Origin: a virus
Taxonomy: Duplodnaviria > Caudoviricetes
Virus record (IMG/VR): IMGVR_UViG_3300031953_000094
Coordinates: 1 to 25,257 of that record
DNA length: 25,257 nt
Direction: 5' to 3' (one strand)
Below the pieces are notes generated by a model. That model ran no database searches. It was given only the letters and a program-made list of their open reading frames with translations, and was not told the origin of the DNA. The first letter of the stretch is position 1. Every line of letters begins with the position of its first letter. The translations under genes and the position numbers were made by a program. This document shows positions 24,331 through 25,257 of the stretch, in pieces.

Positions 24331-24627
24331 ATGGCTACGAGCCGGACAGGCACCGCGTCACACAAGAGATTCCGCAAGCAAGTCCTGAGTCAGGCACGGG
24401 CCGACGGCGTAACCCACTGCCCGCTATGCCGTGTCGCGCTCGACTACAGCGCGGGGCTCAAACCGAACTCTGCCGAACCCGACCACATCATCCCCGTTGC
24501 GCGTGGTGGCACCAACGACGCCGACAATGGGCGCGCGATCTGCCGCGAATGCAACCAGCGTCGAGGCAAAGGGCGGGCCATGCCGGTAGCGCAATCTAGG
24601 CCGGTTGTCGCTTCCGACATCTGGTAG
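24331..24627 (+). CDS. HNH endonuclease (terminase/cos-associated type)
   Basis: CPLC...EPDHIIPVARGGTNDADNGRAICRECNQRRG; located near the genome end. Confidence 0.92.
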   Translation: MATSRTGTASHKRFRKQVLSQARADGVTHCPLCRVALDYSAGLKPNSAEPDHIIPVARGGTNDADNGRAICRECNQRRGKGRAMPVAQSRPVVASDIW

Positions 24628-24630
24628 CCA

Positions 24631-25137
24631 TCACACCCTGACCCGCTCGAAGGTCATGCGGATGAACCTCCCCCACGTGTAGCGCTCAACGTTGCCGCGC
24701 TTCCACCCTCGGGACTCGGGGGCCCTCACGAACACGTGGGCACCATTTCCTGACATTGACCGCTCGACGTAAAGCACGGGCTCCTTGACGGTCGCGACAA
24801 ATGCGCGCACCTCAGCGGGCATCACATTGTCTAGGTCGTAGCACCCAAGACCACCCCCAAGCATGACCCCCACCCCGTCACCGCGCCCCGCCAGCACGGC
24901 GCCGTATAGCGCCCACGTGTTCGCATCTGTGGATGACGCCGGGGAGCCGTCCGGCATGATCGGGCGCTTACCCACAGCACGAACCCAGCGGGCTTCGGAT
25001 TCCATCACGTAAGGCAGTGCACGGCGCCGACGGTAGGCCGCTTGCCTGCACGGGCCCGAGCAGAACGTAGGGGGACGGCCACGGCCAGGCGCAACAGTGC
25101 GCAGGACGCCACAGTGCGCGCAACGGATCGAAGCCAT
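24631..25137 (-). CDS. Primase-polymerase (AEP)-like protein with N-terminal zinc finger
   Basis: CAHC...FCSGPCRQAAYR; GVGVMLGGGLGCYDLD (DxD); YVERSMSGNGAHVF (SxxGxH); VERYTWGRF. Confidence 0.78.
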   Translation of the reverse strand: MASIRCAHCGVLRTVAPGRGRPPTFCSGPCRQAAYRRRRALPYVMESEARWVRAVGKRPIMPDGSPASSTDANTWALYGAVLAGRGDGVGVMLGGGLGCYDLDNVMPAEVRAFVATVKEPVLYVERSMSGNGAHVFVRAPESRGWKRGNVERYTWGRFIRMTFERVRV

Positions 25138-25143
25138 AAGCCA

Positions 25144-25173
25144 ATTCTAGCGCCTAAGCGTTACGAAATACAA
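25144..25173 (-). promoter_or_regulatory. SigA-type promoter for a leaderless primase-polymerase transcript
   Basis: Minus strand TTGTAT-N18-TAGAAT; ATG 6 nt after the -10 box. Confidence 0.65.
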
Positions 25174-25219
25174 GGGCCAAGATGCGCCCCCCGTGACGCG
25201 TCGTGCCTGGTAAGTATAA

Positions 25220-25257
25220 GGGTGGGGGCACCCCCCTCCCCCTCCCCCCGAGTCGCC
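25220..25257. other. Probable cos-proximal right genome end
   Basis: G-run/C-run tract GGGTGGGGGCACCCCCCTCCCCCTCCCCCCG downstream of the HNH gene, at the window end. Confidence 0.45.

Larger units (their letters stand above)
1..25257. mobile_element. Temperate actinobacteriophage genome segment (tail genes to right end), unintegrated form
   Basis: Siphovirus gene order (tail, lysis, integration/immunity, early genes, HNH). WhiB gene, high GC and many ATGA/GTGA overlaps. The att core has phage genes on both sides. Confidence 0.95.

Noticed and set aside
23979-24599. 206-aa ORF overlapping the lipoprotein and HNH genes
   Set aside because: Arg/His-rich shadow frame over two well-supported genes.

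Overview
This window is the right-hand part of a GC-rich temperate actinobacteriophage (siphovirus-like) genome. It is in its unintegrated form (intact attP) and probably runs to the cos-proximal right end. Gene order: minor tail genes; lysis cassette (amidase endolysin, membrane protein, r1t-type holin); an accessory island; integration/immunity cassette; a long rightward early operon (Cro/Xis-like HTH, RecE-like nuclease, Sak4-like ATPase, WhiB, methyltransferase, RusA-like resolvase, RepA-like initiator with iterons, many small ORFs, late regulator); then a lipoprotein, an HNH nuclease and a leftward primase-polymerase-like gene. Main points of interest: (1) a single-spacer type I-E CRISPR mini-array (29-nt repeat, 32-nt spacer, degenerate repeat) with no cas genes in the window, converging on a probably autoregulated two-gene HTH operon with an acr/aca-like layout; (2) an integration-dependent immunity switch, in which attP (3' half of a tRNA-Asn) lies inside the repressor gene and integration is predicted to create a TAA stop that removes a -DAA degron; (3) a second intact tyrosine recombinase facing the integrase, preceded by an HNH gene and a dif-like inverted repeat; (4) a micro-ORF resembling only the C-terminal tail of SSB. 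All calls come from reading motifs by eye; no database searches were run.
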